Of a stretch of DNA of 41,629 nucleotides, positions 39,661-41,629 are shown one piece after another (the stretch's first letter is position 1; every line of letters begins with the position of its first letter). Location of the stretch: assembly GCA_031385045.1 (NCBI GenBank), contig JANNBC010000001.1:1-41629 (forward strand). The letters are read 5' to 3'. The stretch comes from a bacterium. Its GTDB lineage: Bacteria > Bdellovibrionota_C > UBA2361 > CALJRW01. Under the pieces are notes generated by a model. It was given only the letters and a program-made list of their open reading frames with translations. It searched no databases and was not told where the DNA came from. A program made the translations under genes and the position numbers.

Positions 39661-41370
39661 ATGAAGAAAAACTTACTACTCGCAGGACTAATCTTCCTCT
39701 TATCCTGCTTGGCCTATATCCCTCTTGCCGCAATCGGAGTTCAAGAAAGCGATGGCGCTGAGATGGCCTACCAAGCGCTTTCCTCTGGAGTCCTCCACCC
39801 ACCAGGATTTCCACTATATTCATTGATTTCAATTTATCTAGTAAAGCTCTTCCCAAACAATCCTTATCAAACGCTAGCAGTATTCTCGGCCATTTGTCAG
39901 GCACTAGCAGGCAGCTTCTTATTCTTAACCGCTAAGATCTTCTTAAAATCTTCTTGGGTGTCTATTGCCATTGCTTCGTGTTGGTTATTTTTCCCAGCAA
40001 CATATCGCTCCGCAACTGACTGCGAGGTCTTTGCTCTAAATAATCTGCTAATAATGATTAGCTGTTTCTGTGCCCTAAAAATATTACATCAACAATCAAA
40101 GCTGATTTTATTTCTTGGTATTTTTACTGGCTTCTCTTGGTCTAACCACCAAATGTCAATTTTCTTTGCGCCTTTAATTTTCGTTGCAGTTTATTCTACA
40201 AAAAGTTGGTCGCAAGCTTTTAAATTTATCTTTGGACTAACCCTGGGATTATCCCCACATCTTTACCTAATTTCTAAGATCTATCTTCCCGATCCAAATT
40301 TATTTTTTCCCTTAGCTAATTTTTCAGACCTGATTAAATATCTGACCAGAGCTTACTATGGAACTTTTAACCTAACCCATGTAAGTGAATCAGAGGACAT
40401 TAGTTATCTCTGGCACCTTCTAAAACTAATTACTTTCTACGCACCACTGGCATTAATTAGTAGCTTGGTACTGATAATTCGCTTTAAAAAATATAAATTA
40501 GTTGCCCTTGGTATTTTACTAAGTGTTGCCGGAAATCTTTGGTTTGCCTCCAAATTAATCTATCCCAATGAAGTACTAGTCCATGGCGAATTGCTGATGC
40601 GTTTCTATCCAGGGATATTACTCTCGCTCCTGCTATCACTGCCAATCCTAGTTAAAGAATTAGCTTCCAGACGTTCCGAATATTGGATCTTATTTATTCT
40701 AATTATGATTCCAGTTGGCTGGAATTTTCCAACAAAAGTCAGTGCTGCTGATGCCCGACATGATCGCCTTGCAGAGCTAGAAATAAAAATGATCCTGGAA
40801 GAACTCCCAGCAAAAGCAATTTTTATTTCTAATCTAGATCGCCAAACAATGGGCATCCCCTACTATCAAGAAGTTTTAAAGACTAACAAAGCAATTGAAG
40901 TTGTTATTCAAGGCTCCATAGGTAATCCAAAATATAAGCGACTACTAAGTGAGAGAATTTTCGGCGAACGCGATCCGCAATTTTATGATTTTCCATCATT
41001 TCTAGAGTTAGCTCTTAAGCGTGAGAAGAAAGTCTTTATCTTATCAGGTGAAATTCCGGAAAAGTTTGCCATCCTTCCCTTTAAACATACTTGGCAAATT
41101 GCCACCGCTGAGACAACTATTGAAATCCCAGAATTAACTACCAACTTACTTGATAATTGCAGTAAGCTTCCTGTAAAATATCTAAATATTTCTAACAATC
41201 GTCACAATTCTCAAATCATTGTCCAAGGTGCTTTTCTTTCTGGATGGCGTTGGCTGGCACAACATCCAATGCAATTTCCTCAAAAGAAACTAGCTAAAAC
41301 TATTATCCGCTTATACGAAGAGAAAAAATACTCCGAAGTTCAAGAACTCTGCCAAAAGCTCCTGAATTGA
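39661..41370 (+). CDS. DUF2723 / TMEM260-like GT-C glycosyltransferase-family membrane protein
   Basis: SDGAEM..ALSSGVLHPPGFPLY signature, EVFALN, SNH, multiple TM helices. Confidence 0.82.
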   Translation: MKKNLLLAGLIFLLSCLAYIPLAAIGVQESDGAEMAYQALSSGVLHPPGFPLYSLISIYLVKLFPNNPYQTLAVFSAICQALAGSFLFLTAKIFLKSSWVSIAIASCWLFFPATYRSATDCEVFALNNLLIMISCFCALKILHQQSKLILFLGIFTGFSWSNHQMSIFFAPLIFVAVYSTKSWSQAFKFIFGLTLGLSPHLYLISKIYLPDPNLFFPLANFSDLIKYLTRAYYGTFNLTHVSESEDISYLWHLLKLITFYAPLALISSLVLIIRFKKYKLVALGILLSVAGNLWFASKLIYPNEVLVHGELLMRFYPGILLSLLLSLPILVKELASRRSEYWILFILIMIPVGWNFPTKVSAADARHDRLAELEIKMILEELPAKAIFISNLDRQTMGIPYYQEVLKTNKAIEVVIQGSIGNPKYKRLLSERIFGERDPQFYDFPSFLELALKREKKVFILSGEIPEKFAILPFKHTWQIATAETTIEIPELTTNLLDNCSKLPVKYLNISNNRHNSQIIVQGAFLSGWRWLAQHPMQFPQKKLAKTIIRLYEEKKYSEVQELCQKLLN

Positions 41371-41395
41371 CTTCAAATTATTAGTATTTTATATT
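41367..41395 (+). promoter_or_regulatory. Sigma70-type promoter for tRNA-His
   Basis: TTGACT (41367-41372), 17-nt spacer, TATATT (41390-41395), ~22 nt upstream of the tRNA. Confidence 0.65.
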
Positions 41396-41417
41396 AGTTA
41401 ACTTCAAAATAACTAAT

Positions 41418-41494
41418 GGTGGTTGTAGCTCAGTTGGTAGAGCTCTTGATTGTGATTCAAGTTGTCGCGGGTTCGAGCCCCGTCATCCACCCCA
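41418..41494 (+). tRNA. tRNA-His (GTG)
   Basis: G-1 at 41418, D-arm GCTC-AGTTGGTA-GAGC, anticodon arm CTTGA-TTGTGAT-TCAAG, T-arm GCGGG-TTCGAGC-CCCGT, discriminator C, encoded CCA. Confidence 0.96.
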
Positions 41495-41496
41495 CC

Positions 41497-41550
41497 CGTC
41501 TCTATTAATTTTGAGGTTTCCCTGCGGGAACCTTCAAAATTAATAGGACG
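41497..41550. repeat. Long hairpin immediately 3' of tRNA-His
   Basis: CTATTAATTTTGAGGTTTCCC-TGC-GGGAACCTTCAAAATTAATAG (21-bp arms, 2 mismatches), extended by CGTC/GACG. Confidence 0.75.
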
Positions 41551-41556
41551 CGGTGG

Positions 41557-41593
41557 CCACGGCGAAGTTAGCCAAAGGCTAACGTAGACGGGC
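41557..41593. repeat. REP-like element related to the units at 29063-29115
   Basis: Minus strand reads GCCCGTCTACGTTAGCC-TTT-GGCTAACTTCGCCGTGG; shares the CCGTCTWCG-hairpin-CTT layout. Confidence 0.5.
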
Positions 41594-41629
41594 AAATCCA
41601 CTCTTCTAAATAGAACTCAATTCATATTA

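Noticed and set aside
41413..41601. 62-aa minus-strand ORF
   Set aside because: Antisense to tRNA-His and its hairpins; spurious.

Overview
AT-rich chromosomal window from a diderm bacterium (it encodes LpxC). The protein styles suggest a deltaproteobacteria-like or Bdellovibrionota-like lineage, which is inference only. Left end (1-7.5 kb) is an accessory block: two tandem paralogous exported proteins (890 and 924 aa), each built as signal peptide + CGDG Cys-rich repeats + a shared pre-Hint domain + a C-terminal Hint domain that keeps Cys1 and (T/S)xxH but has Gly-Asp-Leu where inteins have His-Asn-(C/S/T). They are followed by a triple-hairpin cluster and a small exported protein, which is flanked by two copies of an ~82-bp palindromic element. 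Housekeeping genes follow: a stand-alone mreB, 3-hydroxybutyryl-CoA dehydrogenase, a receiver-domain/LpxC fusion, purA and the rimP-nusA-ylxR-infB-rbfA-nrnA-truB operon. The right half holds a third Cys-rich exported protein with a different C-terminal module, pgk, an M50B-like peptidase, a GldA/GldF-GldG/DUF4340 ABC cluster, ilvC, amt, metH, an M42 aminopeptidase, an HPD-less J-like protein, a DUF2723 glycosyltransferase-like protein and tRNA-His(GTG). No transposase, integrase, CRISPR array or rRNA was seen. Best candidates for new biology are the Hint-terminated Cys-rich exported protein pair (possible Hedgehog-like self-cleavage or self-conjugation) and the REC-LpxC fusion (possible phosphorylation control of lipid A synthesis).
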